Part shown: piece by piece, positions 27,907 through 42,453 of the stretch
Layout of the letters: each line of letters begins with the position of its first letter
How positions within the stretch are numbered: position 1 is the first letter of the stretch
Source: Octopus vulgaris
Lineage: Eukaryota
Assembly (NCBI GenBank): GCA_951406725.2
Contig: OX597825.1
Span: forward strand, 63,798,001-63,862,000
DNA length: 64,000 bases
Direction: 5' to 3'
Position numbers and translations under genes: made by a program
The notes under the pieces: model-generated
Databases searched by the model: none
The model's input: only the letters and a program-made list of their open reading frames with translations
Told to the model about the DNA's origin: nothing

Positions 27907-29204
27907 CACATATACATAGATGCTTCAATACGTATTTCCATTTTATATGTTGATGTACGTACTGATATATATGTATATGTGTGTGTGTGTATGTTTTTTT
28001 GTTTGTGCGTGTGCGTATGTATATTAGATTTTAAAATCTGCATAAATAGTCACATCAAAGTAACAATTATCTATTCGCTTTTTTTTAATATATCAGATTT
28101 AATGTCTTCTTTTAAGTTACAATTATATATATATGTAATTCATTTTTATAGCAAAAAGTTTTCTCTCATTTAAATGATTGCTATTCGCTTTAGAGTATAC
28201 AACTGAGAACGTTGTCTGTGTTTCATAACACGTTGAGGTCATGGGCTCCTTTTTTTGTAGACATAGCTCATACATGAGAGTTCCAGTTATACTAGGGAAG
28301 CTTAGGCACACATAAGAGAAATGTCGTGCCATTCTATAATCTAATAGATTCACAAAATTTGGAAGATTTTCGTTACGCAACAATCCTGAAATATGTGTGT
28401 GAAGCCTGATTCTAACACTTAGAATGCACGTTTTATAAGTGAAGGAGTATTCTTGTGCACAGTTTCATAAGAATCAAATTTAACAAACATAACACGCTGG
28501 CCTCTTTATAGAACGAAATGTATGGTAGTGAATAGTGTAGTGCCTGTACTAGTTACAATTGAAATACTTAGAATAATAACGCACTAGAATCTAATAGCTG
28601 AACAACAATTGCATTATTCACGAAGCATTCACAAGACCTGCAGGGGGAACAGCTGATCTCATTGCCACATAAAGCATGCCTCTCCGTAGGAAAAGTAAAA
28701 CAATGTTGTAAGGTTAGTGTCTATAGATTTGATCATAGGTCATCTGTAGCAGGATCTCTTTGCTGATAAATAGGAGAAAAATATTGAAACAAATATACTG
28801 AAACCCAAAGTCAATTTGAAAATGAAATGGTAGGAATTAAATTACCCCTGGTAACATGTCCACGGCAGGGGCAGACTTAATGGCAGCAACAAATAGCTCA
28901 ATCAAGTCATACACAAACACACACACAGACAGACACACACGCACATATTGTTGTATTGCACGTTCGACGTACGATATAAAGGGATAATAATGTCGTTGCA
29001 AATCGTTCTACTCAAGATACTCGTAATAATCCTCAACAATACGCAACTCTCGGCTTTATACTGCTCAAGACTCTCTGCGTGTGTCCATTTATATTCTGGC
29101 AAAGTCCATAGAAGTATTCTACTTCCACACCTACAACTTCGTTTTGGAGATTACCTTTACTTTGTTGTCTCCCCTATTTCTTCGCCCTCCTGTGTGACCC
29201 TTCT

Positions 29205-29395
29205 GTCCTGCAGTCGCCATGATAGATCGGTAGCCATTATACAAATTTTTTTCTCCTTGATTCTTTCTGAGGAAGATCGTAGGCTCGAAACGTAAAAATA
29301 CTTTTTCCATTCCTGAGCCTTATACTAATACATCTGTTTATTTTCTACACCACCTGTCTTCATCTTTTGATTTGTTTCGTGAATTCTCCCTATAA
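29205..29395 (+). mobile_element. Short PLE-type element family H with hammerhead motif at 29263-29297
   Basis: cttt-CTGAGGA-a-gatc(gtag)gctc-GAAA-cg-TA-aaa; homologous to 58075-58262, 40874-40934 and 46297-46362. Confidence 0.6.
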
Positions 29396-29413
29396 ACACA
29401 CACACACACACAC

Positions 29414-29493
<80 letters not shown>

Positions 29494-29808
29494 ATAGATA
29501 GACAGATATAGATATATGCTCGAAATAAGGAGTAGATGGAGATATACGTATATATGTGTGCATACACTCCTATCTACATATACATACATGTGTATGAGTG
29601 TATACCTGTACTTTAATGTTCACTTATAATAACTGGTCTTACAGAAAAAGAATGAAAGGCGTTCAATATTTCTAAATACAAAATGTGTATCCTTTACTCT
29701 GGTGCTCTTCGTACGACTTTACATTTCTTTCGCGTCACTTCGAAACTACCAGTCGTAAACGCTTTAAATTAGAAGAAATTATTTTGTGCAATATAATCCG
29801 CATACTAA

Positions 29809-29873
<65 letters not shown>

Positions 29874-30033
29874 TACATTTAAACACATAAGAGATGGCCA
29901 CAATAAGACATCTGACTCGCTAGAAAGAGTAGGAGAAACTACAAACCAATAATAGTTGTAATTCTGAAAGTTCTGAAAGGGAATACACCTCAACTATATC
30001 AATAATATATATGTGTGTGTGTGTGTGTGTACA

Positions 30034-30064
<31 letters not shown>

Positions 30065-30097
30065 GCACGCACACACACACACATACACACACATGTT

Positions 30098-30147
<50 letters not shown>

Positions 30148-31086
30148 AGTGCGTGTGTGTGTTTGAGTGCGTGTGAAGTGATTGTATGTGCGTACGTGTA
30201 TGTATATTTGCACTCTGTGCCAGAGTTTCTTGTTTGGTGCTATCTTTGTAATTTGTTTCAAATATTTTTGATTAATTTCCGCAACTAATATTTCTCTCCT
30301 GTAATGTTTTATTCTATTCAAATGCTTTATTTCTTGAAAGCCATTCAGGCGTATGTGATTGTAATGACATATTTTCCTATGCTTTTAACTGTTTAACATA
30401 CAATTTCTAGCCGGCAGAATTTAATTAATACGAGTGTGTCGTAAGTGCAATTCATATCGGGACGCCAGTATCTAAATAGCTTTGTGAGTTATAGTGAGGA
30501 GAAAATCAATTTGACTCATATAATGACTGCAACCCTTAAAGTTCAACTACGTCAAAATAAATAATATTTATACCCACACCATGAATGGCATCGCCCCAAC
30601 AAATCGTGTCTCAGAAAAACATCCATGTTCATTTGGTTACATGTCCTTTAAATTAGATGTCACATTTATCTGAAAATTAAACGGATACCACATTAGATAG
30701 TTCGCACCTAAAAGAAATTAAGCGTTAAAGGAAACATAATATCATTATCGGAATTCCTTTGGGTACGGGTCTGTTCGATCGAGGGTTTAGTGCTAACTAT
30801 GCATCAACAGCTATTTGAAAACAACAATATCATTATATTTCACGATTTTTAGTATCAATTGTTTATCATACTACTATTCATTTTGTTCCTAGATATAAGA
30901 TGTTTTCTATGCTTCATCTCAATACAATATTTGTTCTACAATTGTTTTACACCTTAAAAACTTCAGTTTTGTGCACCACCTTCAATTTTTGATTCATGTA
31001 ACTCAGCAAAGTGCATATTTTTTAAAGGAATTTTACAGAGACAGGTCTCAAAATAAAACCGGGACCCAGAATTATTTTTTATATGG

Positions 31087-31320
31087 TAGTTAGTTAGTTA
31101 GTTAATTTTTTGGCTCAAAAAGCAAAAAGCAAGGCGATGTAGGGGGAGATGGAGTTATGTACAGGGTGGTGTTCATGTAATGAGTTCAGACCACTTGTGG
31201 TCAAGGGAGACTTTGAAGCGAGCGGTCGTCGGCATCTTCACTATCTCGTCCGGCAGCTTATTCCACGGATCCGCAACCCGGACAGAGAAAGCCCCTCTCC
31301 TTCGATTGAGATGAAATCGT
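31087..31320 (-). mobile_element. CR1-clade LINE 3' end with (TAAC)n tail
   Basis: Minus strand RFHLNRRRGAFSVRVADPWNKLPDEIVKMPTTARFKVSLDHKWSELIT* (cf. FFS.RVV..WN.LP..VV....FK..LD), short UTR, taactaactaac tail. Confidence 0.85.
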
Positions 31321-32667
31321 CGCAGATAGAGCGAAGTATTTTAACTGAATCATTTAAATATAGTGAGACAAAGAGTGCGATGTTTCTTTTTATTATATTT
31401 CAATTATTTCCTTTTAGCTGGATGTATATGATATGAACCTACAGTGACGGCAGAGCATAAAATCAGTGTCTACTGTGAAATATCTAGCTCTTACAACTGA
31501 AGCTTCCTCCCGTAATTGAAAACAATAATAATTAATTCAGTGTCCAATTTTGGTTCTAAATTGCTTCTGATACACAGCATGAAAATTAATCGAATACATG
31601 ATACATTAAAAATAATTAAACTGACAAGATTTTATTTCATTCAAATTTGTATTTATTTCATTTGCATGGATAAAGTTCAAAGGTATTTACTGTTAACGTT
31701 GCATGAACAGATATCAAATCTTTCACGTGTCTTTATTTTACGTTAATCATTATCTCTTTTTTCACGTGTCCTCATTACGAGTGTTTTCATTCAAACTGCT
31801 TCTTGAAAACAGGATTCGATAGTAAAGGACACTGAAAAACCTTTACTCGTTTAGAAATGTATTGCAAAAACTGTGAGTATATCGAGGCAAACCACGAAAA
31901 AAAAAACCTACCTCTTCACTCCAGAACAAACTATATATTTTCAACGAATTAGTATGAGTGGATTCTTCATGAGATTATGAATATTCATTATAAAGAAAGG
32001 AACGGCTAGGTTTTTCCGGATAGACTTTTACAAATTTGTACATAAACTCACATTTACCATATAAGCTAATACAAAAAATACAAGAACACACACACATATA
32101 CAGAACGCATACGGTTTTTGAGTGTTGTCTTTGTCTGGGTGACGAAAAGCTAGCCTATCTTTGTATATAATACACTTCAATATCGTTTAATATACCAATG
32201 TTGTTCTTGTTTCTCCCTCACTCTCTAACATATAACCGCAAGTATTTTTCACTGTCTCAGCCACACATATTTTACCACCATTCTCTTTGATGTTACTTTT
32301 ATTTCTGCATAATCTGATATTCTCAAATTCTCTTTTTCATTTATCTGTTTCTCTTGAGGAAGATAAAAGTGCATGTCCAATATCTAATATTCGGTCAAAA
32401 ATCTCATTTAAGTTGAAATACGATTCACTCTGAACTCTCTTGGTATCGTAGAAATCAAGTAAATGTGTCTCATCAAATTATGAATCATTTCAGTAAAGAA
32501 AAGTAACCACTTTCCAAATCAAGAGAAAAACTGTCAAATTTACCATCGGACATGAATTCATAAATTCGTCATATAAAATATAACACACCTTTTACAACTC
32601 TTGCTTACAATGTTTCTTAAGACATAAATAAATGCCAGATTAATGTATGATGCTTATATATCTATAT

Positions 32668-32795
32668 CAGGCGTAGTTGTGTAGTAAGAAGCTTGCTTCC
32701 CAACCACATGGCTACAGGTTCAGTCTCACTACGTAGTACGTTGGCCGACCAAAGATTTGTCAGTAGATGAAGTAGAAGGGAACAGAAAGAAGCTC

Positions 32796-32851
<56 letters not shown>

Positions 32852-33130
32852 CATGTATAAGTATGTGTATATGTATATGTATATATATGAATGTATGCAT
32901 AAGTTTATGCGTGCGTGTCTTTGTGTCCGTGTTTGCTCACCCACCATCATCATTTGACAACGGACGTTTGTGAGTTCAGGTCCACGTTACTTAGCGGTTC
33001 GGCAAAATGTGACCCATAGAACAAGTACTAGGCTTACAAAGACTAAGTCCAGGATTCGATTTCTTTAACTAAACCCCTTGAACTCGGTGTCTGAGCATGG
33101 CCGCAGCTAAATAACTGAGATCAATATAAG
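32668..33130 (+). mobile_element. SINE family A (diverged, expanded internal TA tract)
   Basis: gtagtaagaagcttgcttcccaaccacatgg..ggttcagtc..ttagcggttcggcaaaa..gcatggccgcag. Confidence 0.8.
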
Positions 33131-33196
33131 AAAAAATAAATAAATAAACATATATATATATATATACATACAAACATACACACACACACACTCACA

Positions 33197-33249
<53 letters not shown>

Positions 33250-33642
33250 GGGCAACACACACACATATACACACACGTACATACATACACCTATTGCATA
33301 CATGTGTTTTGTACGCACATATGTCCGTGTGTGTTTGTGTGTATGTGTGTGTGTATGTGTCTACGTTTGTGTGTGTGTGTATTAACAAAACACTGTTTTC
33401 CTCGATGGAAAAAGCAACAAAAGCCCTAACAAAAACTTACTCGTCGCTAGAAGGGGACCTAACTTGAAAATTGTTAAAAGCTTTGGTTGAAATTTTATTT
33501 TTACTGCTATTCGCTGGTGCCTCCGATAAAAATAATTTGACGAAATTACAGCTAGGGTCATGACGAATGTCCTAAATTAAAGCGCATGCGTACTAATTTG
33601 TGGACGTGCTTAAATTCCATTCACGTACACCCACACATCATG

Positions 33643-33697
<55 letters not shown>

Positions 33698-33734
33698 GAT
33701 AGTTATGAAGATATATATATATATATATATATAC

Positions 33735-34062
33735 AGTTACTTATTTCATCGACCCTGAAAGGAAAGCATGTAAAGTCGACTCCGGCAGCATGTGAACTCA
33801 AAGAGCAGAGTCGGAAGAAGTGCTGCTAAGCTGCCTATACAATGAATGATATATATTTTGAATTTTGGAACATTCCAGCTATTTCTGCTGGAAGGATTAT
33901 TCGATTACGTCTACCAGATGTTTAACCACGTATTTATTTTATCGACGCCAAAATTTTGAAAGATCAATGTCAGCCTCGGTGGAATTTGAACTCAGGACTT
34001 AAAACCAGACGAATTCCTATGAGGTATTTTGCCCGGCGTGCTAATAGTTTTGCTAGCTCGCT
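33735..34062 (-). mobile_element. Two decayed Meta-like SINE fragments
   Basis: atcgaccctgaaagg..aaagtcgac and cctcggtggaatttgaactcag..gcccggcgtgcta..ctagctcgc. Confidence 0.65.
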
Positions 34063-34091
34063 CTCTTCTAACAGTGAAGAACATTAAAAAA

Positions 34092-34441
34092 ATCAAGAGC
34101 ACTCAGAGAGGACAGACTTCCGCCAAAGCAATACCAACGTCCTCTCAACGATTACCCAGAGGTGATTTTTAAAATAAGAATATCTGAAATATACTCGACT
34201 GCTCTCACAAAGGAGAATAGTAAAAATGAACCCAACCGCTCTCAAAAATTAAGTAAAAGAAAACAGGAAAAATTATTCAGAATCCTTGTCAGGTAGTAGT
34301 AGAGTCCCAAACGCTAATCAGTTCGTGCCAGTCACAATGCCAAACATCTCTGAAAGTTTCATCCGAATCCACCCAGCAGTTCTTGCGATATCATGTCCAG
34401 GAAGACACAAACAAACACGACTTAGTGAAGGCGAAGGTAAT
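34092..34441 (+). mobile_element. Helentron-associated non-autonomous element (HINE/DINE-1-like)
   Basis: Starts a(t)caagag, subterminal cttccgcc mirrored by ggcgaagg near the 3' end, gaaagtttcatccgaatccacccagcagttcttgcgatatc block, short acaa repeats, ends ggtaatt. Confidence 0.55.
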
Positions 34442-34843
34442 TGAGTATCAGTCTCTCAACACACACACGCACGCACGCACGCACACAAACACATACATGC
34501 ATTTACATACGTACTCTCACACACAATTTCATAGAATATTTGCACAGATATCGCTGAAAGAAAAGTAACCGTATTTCTATATGATTACTTCCCAAATACA
34601 TTTTTACCATTATAGTTGCTTGGAAACTCCCATTGGGTGTTCCACTTGCGTTTAAAGGACATGTAAACCATTAGAGAACACTTTTTATTGCATTAATTTA
34701 CAGAGAACAACTGACCGAACGTAAATTTGTGTTTATCTTACTTTCTCCTACATATACCCTGTAGTTCATACCTACTAATACGAGAAAGTATAGTGGTTAC
34801 GTTATCCATACTACTGGCACCAGGCAGAAACATGACAATTTTG

Positions 34844-35236
34844 AAGGCGGCAAGCTGGCAGAAACGTTATCACTCCGGGCGAAATACGTTATGAGTTCAA
34901 ATTCCACCGAGGTCGACTTTGCCATTCATCCTTTCGGGGTCGATTAGTTAAGTACTAGTTACGCACTGCGGTCGATATAATCGACTTAATCCGTTTGTCT
35001 GTCCTTGTTTGTCCCCTCTGTGTTTAGCCCCTTGTGGGTAGTAAAGAAATAGGTATTTCGTCTGCTTCTACGTTCTGAGTTCAAATTCCGTCGATGTCGA
35101 CTTTGCCTTTCATCCTTTCAGGGTCGATAATTTAAGTACCAGTTACGCCCCGGGGTCGATGTAATCGACTTAATCCGTGTGTCTGTCCTTGTTTGTCCCC
35201 TCTGTGTGTAGCCCCTTGTGGGTAGTAAGGAAATAA
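34844..35236 (+). mobile_element. Meta-like SINE, full copy plus tandem 5'-truncated copy
   Basis: ggcggcaagctggcagaaacg..gagttcaaattcc..gaggtcgactttgcc..catcctttcggggtcgat..agccccttgtgggtagtaaagaaata; unit repeated from 35052. Confidence 0.85.
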
Positions 35237-37673
35237 GAAACATGATAATTTTCGTAAGCTCTAAGCATAATAGTAGCTGTTGTATATCTCTTTGTACGCC
35301 GAGATATAGCATATGTATATTTACGTATGTACATATATTAATAGCTACATATGCACAGACCAAAAAACTTATGTTAGCATTCATGTTTCATATATGGGAA
35401 CATATTTGTGTATTGCGTGTGTGTCTTGATGTAGCATAATGTAAAATTTTTGAAATGTGTTTCATAATTATTAGAGAATTATGTAGTAGTGCGTAAATAA
35501 ATTATATATAATTATATCTAATCATATGATTCGATATTCAAAACTCCGTACTGAAATTGGTGTCAAAAATAAATGATCCCAGTTACGCAACAGTTCCTTT
35601 TACGAGGCGTGGGAAACATGTTACTGTAATCCTATTTGGTTTTAACACACTCCTTCACAAACAACCATCAATGAAAATAACATGGCGATATTAAGTTATT
35701 TAAGTAGTTTTCCAATTATATCATCAATTGTAATGTTACTATTATCATCGTCTCCACCACCAACACCACCACCACCACCACCACCATCATCATCATTATT
35801 ATCATCATTACCATCAGCAGCAGCAAACGCAACATCATTATTATTGTACTATCATTATTATTACTAACATTCTTTGTTTTTGCTGTTGATGCTGTTGTTA
35901 TGCATTTTATTAGTATCCGTTCTATTAATATGTTTCGCAACAGAATTCCGCAGAGAAATGAAATGGTATTATTACACTAACGTTTTGTTTAAGGTTTTCT
36001 ATACTAAAACATTAACATATATAATTAGCAATTACGTCATGCCGCGAATTGTTAGAATTACATCAATGATCTATTAGCAGAAGAAATGATTTAACTACAA
36101 AACTGTCAACAAACATATAACGAAATACAAGATCAGAAAATGTGTTGGTTTTATTACTGAATTCAATAGATTCTCACAACTTAGAAAACAAGCGCTAGAG
36201 GCAAGATGAATGCATTGTTTTCTCTCAATCAGGTATCCAGCAATATTTCAATGGTCTGCTATTCAACTTAAGAACATCATAATTGCGTTGCATTAGGATT
36301 ATTGAACTTCTCTCTTGGCAGACTTCCCTTGTTTCGTATCTCAACCTGAAGCAGATTATAATGTGTTAAATAATGCACTTGCAGTCTCATTGCACTGAAT
36401 AGCTTCTTTAAATAAATCTCTCAGTAAAACCGTGTCTCTGACTCGAGATAGTGTAATTGAAGATATGCGTTTTTCCTCTCATTCCATTTCACAGTAAAAG
36501 TTAATTTTACTTGTAACATGTGCTAGAATTACATACAATTCGATTTGATTTATCCAAAGAGATTGTTAAGATTATTTTAGACTCTTATCCATGCTATTGT
36601 AAAGGTTAAAAGATGTAGGACCATAGCGAATGTATATTTAAGTCTTCGAATCTGAAGGGGTAATTGATAAACTGTAGCTAGTATAATTATTACAATGAGG
36701 TTTAAATACTATTGTCATAGACAGAAACCACGCATCATATAAGTTATTGACTTCGGATGAAATCAGCTGATACGGGATCAGGGTAAAATAGGTTTCTGAG
36801 GTTTTCAATTAATGTAATTTCAATCAACCGTAGTGATGCCATCATCACCCTACCGATCACTGCCTTGACTAACACTGGCATCACCTGTAAGTACAATTTA
36901 AAGACCTAAACCAAAAATACAACGATACCATTGAATAATGTAATCGATCCTAAGTGGTTATTTAAAATATTTAAAAAACCAGCATAGAATTACATCTCAC
37001 AAAATACACACACACATGCACACATACACGCATACACGAACGCACACATGCACATACACACACATACATGGGCACAAGCACACATACACATGCGCGCACG
37101 CGCAAGAACACATACGCACGCTCACGCGCATACTCACACAGACACACACACAAATACATGCATGCACACAGACACACACACGCACACACATATGCATGCA
37201 CTCACATAACGACGCGAACACCCACGCACACACACTCAAAGCGAAGATCGCGTAATTTACTAAAAGTCCTATGAAATGAGAAAGCTTTTTCGAAAAATAT
37301 ATATCAGCTCAATGAGAACACAGGATCAAGTCCCTTTATATATAGTAACAATAAGAATAGATTTAATTTTAAAAACTGTATCAAGCCTTTTAATATATTA
37401 AAAACATAAAGACTATTATTGTAAACAATGTATCTTCCCATTCACAATTTGATCTAAGAAAGTTTGGAACCTGAATTGTAGTACGATCCTGCCAGCCATA
37501 ATAAGTGTGGCTGTTTTATTCATAATGCATCGACGATATAATAGGTTACATTCTAATAATTCGCATGCAGATTCCTTTATCCCACGGACATATTTTCAGA
37601 TTTAATGAAACATTGTCTCTATATAAATAGAAATGATACAAAGCCCTCTCATCGAATACATACCTACAGTTTA

Positions 37674-37763
<90 letters not shown>

Positions 37764-39647
37764 ATATATATAAAACATATATATATACATGCATATATGG
37801 GTACAGGATGTCACCGACGGTGCAAATAATATGAAATACGTAAACAAAGGAGGGGGAAATGAGTTCAATACGTAAACAACGAAAAGAGTGGAGAACAGGA
37901 CAAGTTAACAGAGAGAAAGGACTCCTCATCAATTGTCGGCTCTCTATCTAATCCTCACTTCGAAAATTCAACAACAATATAAGTCTACAAAGACAGTCGT
38001 TCCCATAAATTCTAAATTAAAATTTAGGATTTATGGTGGGACAAAATTGGGAACTAAAAAATGACAGTGGTTCTTCATTAACCTAAATAATATTGTTAGC
38101 CTGATGTGTCGACGGAGAGCTTTTGATGCCTTTTGCCCTGAATAATAATCGCTCACTATTAGCTTTATATGTGTATATATATATATATTAAATAAATGTG
38201 TAGAGATGGATTTTTGGGATGGTGATAAAATCTATCATATAGCTGCTGCCTCTCGTTATTGCCGGGTCGATAAAATTAGTACCAGTCAAGCACTGGGGTT
38301 CATGTAAATTATTAACTCGAAACACACACAGTCACACTCACATGCATACACACGAACTCACTCAAACACACACATATTTGTGAGTTTGTATATGCGTGCG
38401 TGTGTGTACGTAAATATATATGCGTGTGTCTGTGTTCAGGTGTGTTTATATACACGAATATAAACGTACGTATATGTCTCGCTCTCCCTCAACATATACA
38501 TATGCGTGTGAGCATATATGCATATATACGCAAAAAGTGGGTTATAGAAAAGAGAGATCAATTAGGGATCACTACAAAGAAATGTAGAATGCCATGCATT
38601 TATGGCCTAACCTAACAATATATTATTCGATTTAAGATGTTCAGGATCTTTAGAACAACCTGAAATTTTCAATGGCTGAAGCCGCTCATAATTCTGAGCT
38701 ATTGAACTTTGCAGTTCCCGCAAACCTCACATACAAATCGTATTCCAAGCAAAGTTTTCAGAGAAAATAAAACAAAGCATTGTATTTCAGTTACTCAGTG
38801 ATGTTGTCGATATTGTTGTTGAGGTTGTTGTTGTAGTTTAGGTTGCAGTAGACATTTAAGTGAATAGCCCTATCATCAAAGATGTACAGATATTACCGCT
38901 TTGCCTTCTTTTCATCCATAGTTTTTAGCAGCACTTTGTTTTCCAACCTCTCCCGCATATCCTTCACATTCTTTTTAGATATTAATGTTTAATTTTAATG
39001 AGATTTCTTCGATATTTCCAATCAATTGAGTGACCGTGTAAAATTTTCTTTCTTTGCTGAATAGTCGTTGTTGTTATGGTGATGAATAATTCTGCATTTG
39101 TACTTTAAGGTTTATTTTGTACCTTAAATTCTGATCTGATTTTCTCGACATTAAAATTTCATTGACAGAATGACAAAAACACTTAAACATCAAAGTCTCT
39201 CTCTGAAAGCAGTGAAAACAGATCATTACTAATAGACTACTGTCGTCGTAGAAAATGTATGCCCAGTAGCTAAAAGATTGAAAGTCGACTGATGATGTGA
39301 TCACGACAACAACATATTCGAACACCTTTAATTAGTAAATCAACAGTTTTGATTACGACTATATAACAAAATTTAAAAACGTTGATGGAAAACATTCATA
39401 ATGAAATAACATTTGTTAGTGCTTGTGCAAGCGTGTGTGGGTGTGTATATATTTAATGTATAATGGTATATTCTTGTGAGAAAAACAGATATTAGTCTTT
39501 TGAGATAAATACAACGTACTGCAGTGTACCTCGTTCGAAATCTCATCGTCAGTCAGAGAAATTCTATGTTGAATAGAACATGATTATTCTTCTTAGAAAT
39601 ATCATATGAATATTTAGCTATACATAAACATCCACGTATTTAAATGC

Positions 39648-39701
<54 letters not shown>

Positions 39702-39764
39702 CGACTTAATCACTTTGTCTGTCCTGTTTGTCCCCCTATGTTTAGCCCCTTGTGGGCAATAAAG

Positions 39765-39818
<54 letters not shown>

Positions 39819-39821
39819 CAT

Positions 39822-40265
39822 TCAAAGCGGCTCCGGCAGAAGGTAATGGCGAACTTCTGCTGACTCTTTCGCCACAAATTTCTCTCACTCTTTTATCCTG
39901 CATCTTGCAACTCATCTGCGACGGACCAGCGTCCCGTCCAGATGGTGAACCTATACACCAAGGAAACAAAAAAAAAAACAATCCTTATGAGCCAGACATG
40001 GCTCGAGAAGGAACAAACAATACATACATAAGAGGGTGATTAAGTATCTAGGGTGTTGGACTCATGATCATAAGATTGTGCTCCGAATCCTGGACCGAGC
40101 GATACGCTATAATTTGAGCAAAACACTTCAATTCATATTGTTCCAGTCCGTTCAACTGGCAGACCTGTGTACTCCTGCAACGTAGCAGAGTCCCGTCCAG
40201 GGTTACGGCTGCATTTACGCCGCAGAAACTGGGAAACTGGTCCTTTAAGTTATAGAACACGCGAA
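39822..40265. mobile_element. SINE fragments: 39822-40020 (+, related to 50425-50650) and 40050-40265 (-)
   Basis: gcggctccggcagaaggtaatggcg..gcgtcccgtccag..tatgagccag..gagaaggaacaaacaa; minus-strand catgagtccaacaccct head. Confidence 0.6.
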
Positions 40266-40341
40266 GGAGCTTTATCCATTATACTCTCACATATATGTAT
40301 GTGTATATACATACATATATGTATGAATATATAAATAAATA

Positions 40342-40470
40342 AATGGAGTTAAACGCAGGCTTTATTCAAATTCTTTTACTTCCGGCACATGTTTCGAAGA
40401 TATCACTGGTATCATTCGAAAGGAATAAAATGATATAAAACAATGTAATCTCCACTTCAGTGAAATGAAG
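40342..40470 (-). mobile_element. Short repeat family with hammerhead-like motif and long stem II; second copy 54643-54760
   Basis: Shared atggagtt.aacg.ag..tattcaaattctttta..ca.atgtttcgaaga; minus strand CTGAAG..ggagat...atcttc-GAAA-catgtg and tttc..cttc-GAAA-catatg-TC-gaaa. Confidence 0.45.
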
Positions 40471-40968
40471 AAATGAAACTCATCAACAAGACATTTTAAC
40501 AGAAAAGGATTAATATGTACAGTGATTAACTGAACGTTATTAAGTTTGTTTAAAAAAAAAAACGTTGTAGGATATAACGTCAAAGTTAGCCTATAGAAAG
40601 AGAAGGGATAAAGGAAGGGAAAGCTAAATAAAGGAGAAGTATCTAACTAATGTATCTTAAATAAAACCATGTAAAGTTGGAAAAGGATATATCTAGTGAA
40701 TGCGAAATGTAAGAAGAACATTAATGTTTAAATCATATATAATGATAGATATCACTTACATGAACTAAAAGTGTGTTTCTGCCAGTGTTTACATCGATAT
40801 GCACGCTCTATAACCATGTTTACAAGGTTTACTAGGGGATTCGTTAGAAAATAAATAAATAAATAAATAGATCAAAAGACGAAGACAGGTGGTGTAAACA
40901 TCAATTAGATGTATTAGTATAACGCTCGGGAAGTAATGAATTTTTGCCAACATAATGTAGCAATCTCA

Positions 40969-41420
40969 GGATGGGACGAACGTTACTGCTATTTAGCCCC
41001 AGGAAACATCGTTTCCTGCTGGCTATACGACACAAAAATTATTATGAGAGATTTAGAAATAATCCTATTTCTATATTATAGATCAGTGCTTGTGTTTCAC
41101 TTTGAAATCTATATATTTTCTACAGCAGTTCGGCAACGGCATCTAGTCAACGAAGCTACTCCACGCTGATAAAGAGCAATAACCCAGAAACTGTTATGTG
41201 GATGCGAATTTGTGTTGGGTAGAGGTATTATCTCCTCTATTCGAAAATATAAGGACAGAATTTTTTGTGTCGTATAGCCAGCTGGAAATCATATTTCCTG
41301 GGACTAAATAACAGTAACATTCGTTCCATCCGTGGACTACCATATCATATTGATAAAAAGTCCTTACTTTATGGTGCTGTTACTCTATATCTCTCTTTGA
41401 GAGATTTAGAAATAATATTT
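40969..41420. mobile_element. Inverted-repeat element (40969-41040 / 41258-41330) with degenerate hammerhead at 41160-41202
   Basis: ~70-bp IR, direct repeat tgagagatttagaaataat (41045, 41398), tccacg-CTGATAA-..-GAAA-ctg-TTA-tgtgga with 6-bp stem I. Confidence 0.5.
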
Positions 41421-41479
41421 CTATTACATATATATTCATACAATGTGGGAGAGGTATGAAGTAATATACTTATGGAAGA

Positions 41480-41890
41480 TCATGGAGGGGCTAACATGGA
41501 ACTTTGATATCGAGAGCTAAATTGGGCGTCACTGCGTAGTTCCAAAGGCGCTGACATCTCGTCTAGTGTGAGGACCACGTTCTGCAATAGTTTGTTAGTC
41601 AGGGGTCTACAGCTATTTGACATCTTGATTTGACGTCTTGCCAAAACATCTGAAGGATCTTCATGGTATATTGGTAGATATTTTAAAGACACTACTTGAT
41701 CACCTGCTATCCAAGGTCCCAGATGAATCTATATGAAGGCATGAAACTTCATACCAACAATACCAAACTTCCTCCTTCAACAAAAGGCAGTCGCATAAGT
41801 CTGGCTATTGAAAAGGTGTTTGTAATAGAGGTGCACCAGTATGGCCACAGTCTTAGGGCTGAAACGTATAAAAAATATAAGGATAAAAGA
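41480..41890 (+). mobile_element. CR1-clade LINE 3' end whose tail matches SINE family A
   Basis: IMEGLTWNFDIES*IGRHCVVPK..TTFCNSLLVRGLQLFDIL..LPKHLKDLHGILVDIF..LDHLLSKVPDE; ends ggtgcaccagtatggccacagtcttagggctgaaac. Confidence 0.75.
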
Positions 41891-42408
41891 GTTTATATAT
41901 ATAAATACATACACACATGTGTCTGTGTGTATGTGCGGTGAGTCTAAATTTCTTATAAGTGGAAAGACATTTAATGAAAGCCTATGTTATTAAGGAACAA
42001 GTATGTATAAGTATATTGAGGTGGGTCGTTATTTCTAATTATCTCATTAATAAATAAATTTGTCCTCAACGTAAGCAATTACTTTTTTTACAGTCAGACA
42101 TATAAGCATAGCGGTGAAATACCAGTTTCTCTTTTGGATTGAAACATAATTTAAATTTTAAAAAAATTGCCAACTAATGACCATTTTAATTAATAACACA
42201 AAATGAAGCGAAACAAAAAAAGAGTTTAATATACTTACATATGAGAAAAATAAGCATATATATGTGTGTGAATCTGTGTTTGTGTGTGTATGTGTATGCA
42301 AATATATATATACATATATAGCTAAAGCTACATACATAAATACATGGAAATATATGTATGTGTTATATATATATATATATATATATATAGATAGATAGAT
42401 AGATAGAT

Positions 42409-42453
<45 letters not shown>

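Noticed and set aside
35735-35900. Poly-P/S/A ORF
   Set aside because: Degenerate trinucleotide repeats (CCA/TCA/GCA).
39283-39325. CTGATGA/CTGACGA motifs (also about 15102, 39546 minus, 48371, 51854)
   Set aside because: No properly placed GAAA plus stem III/UH; likely chance or too decayed.
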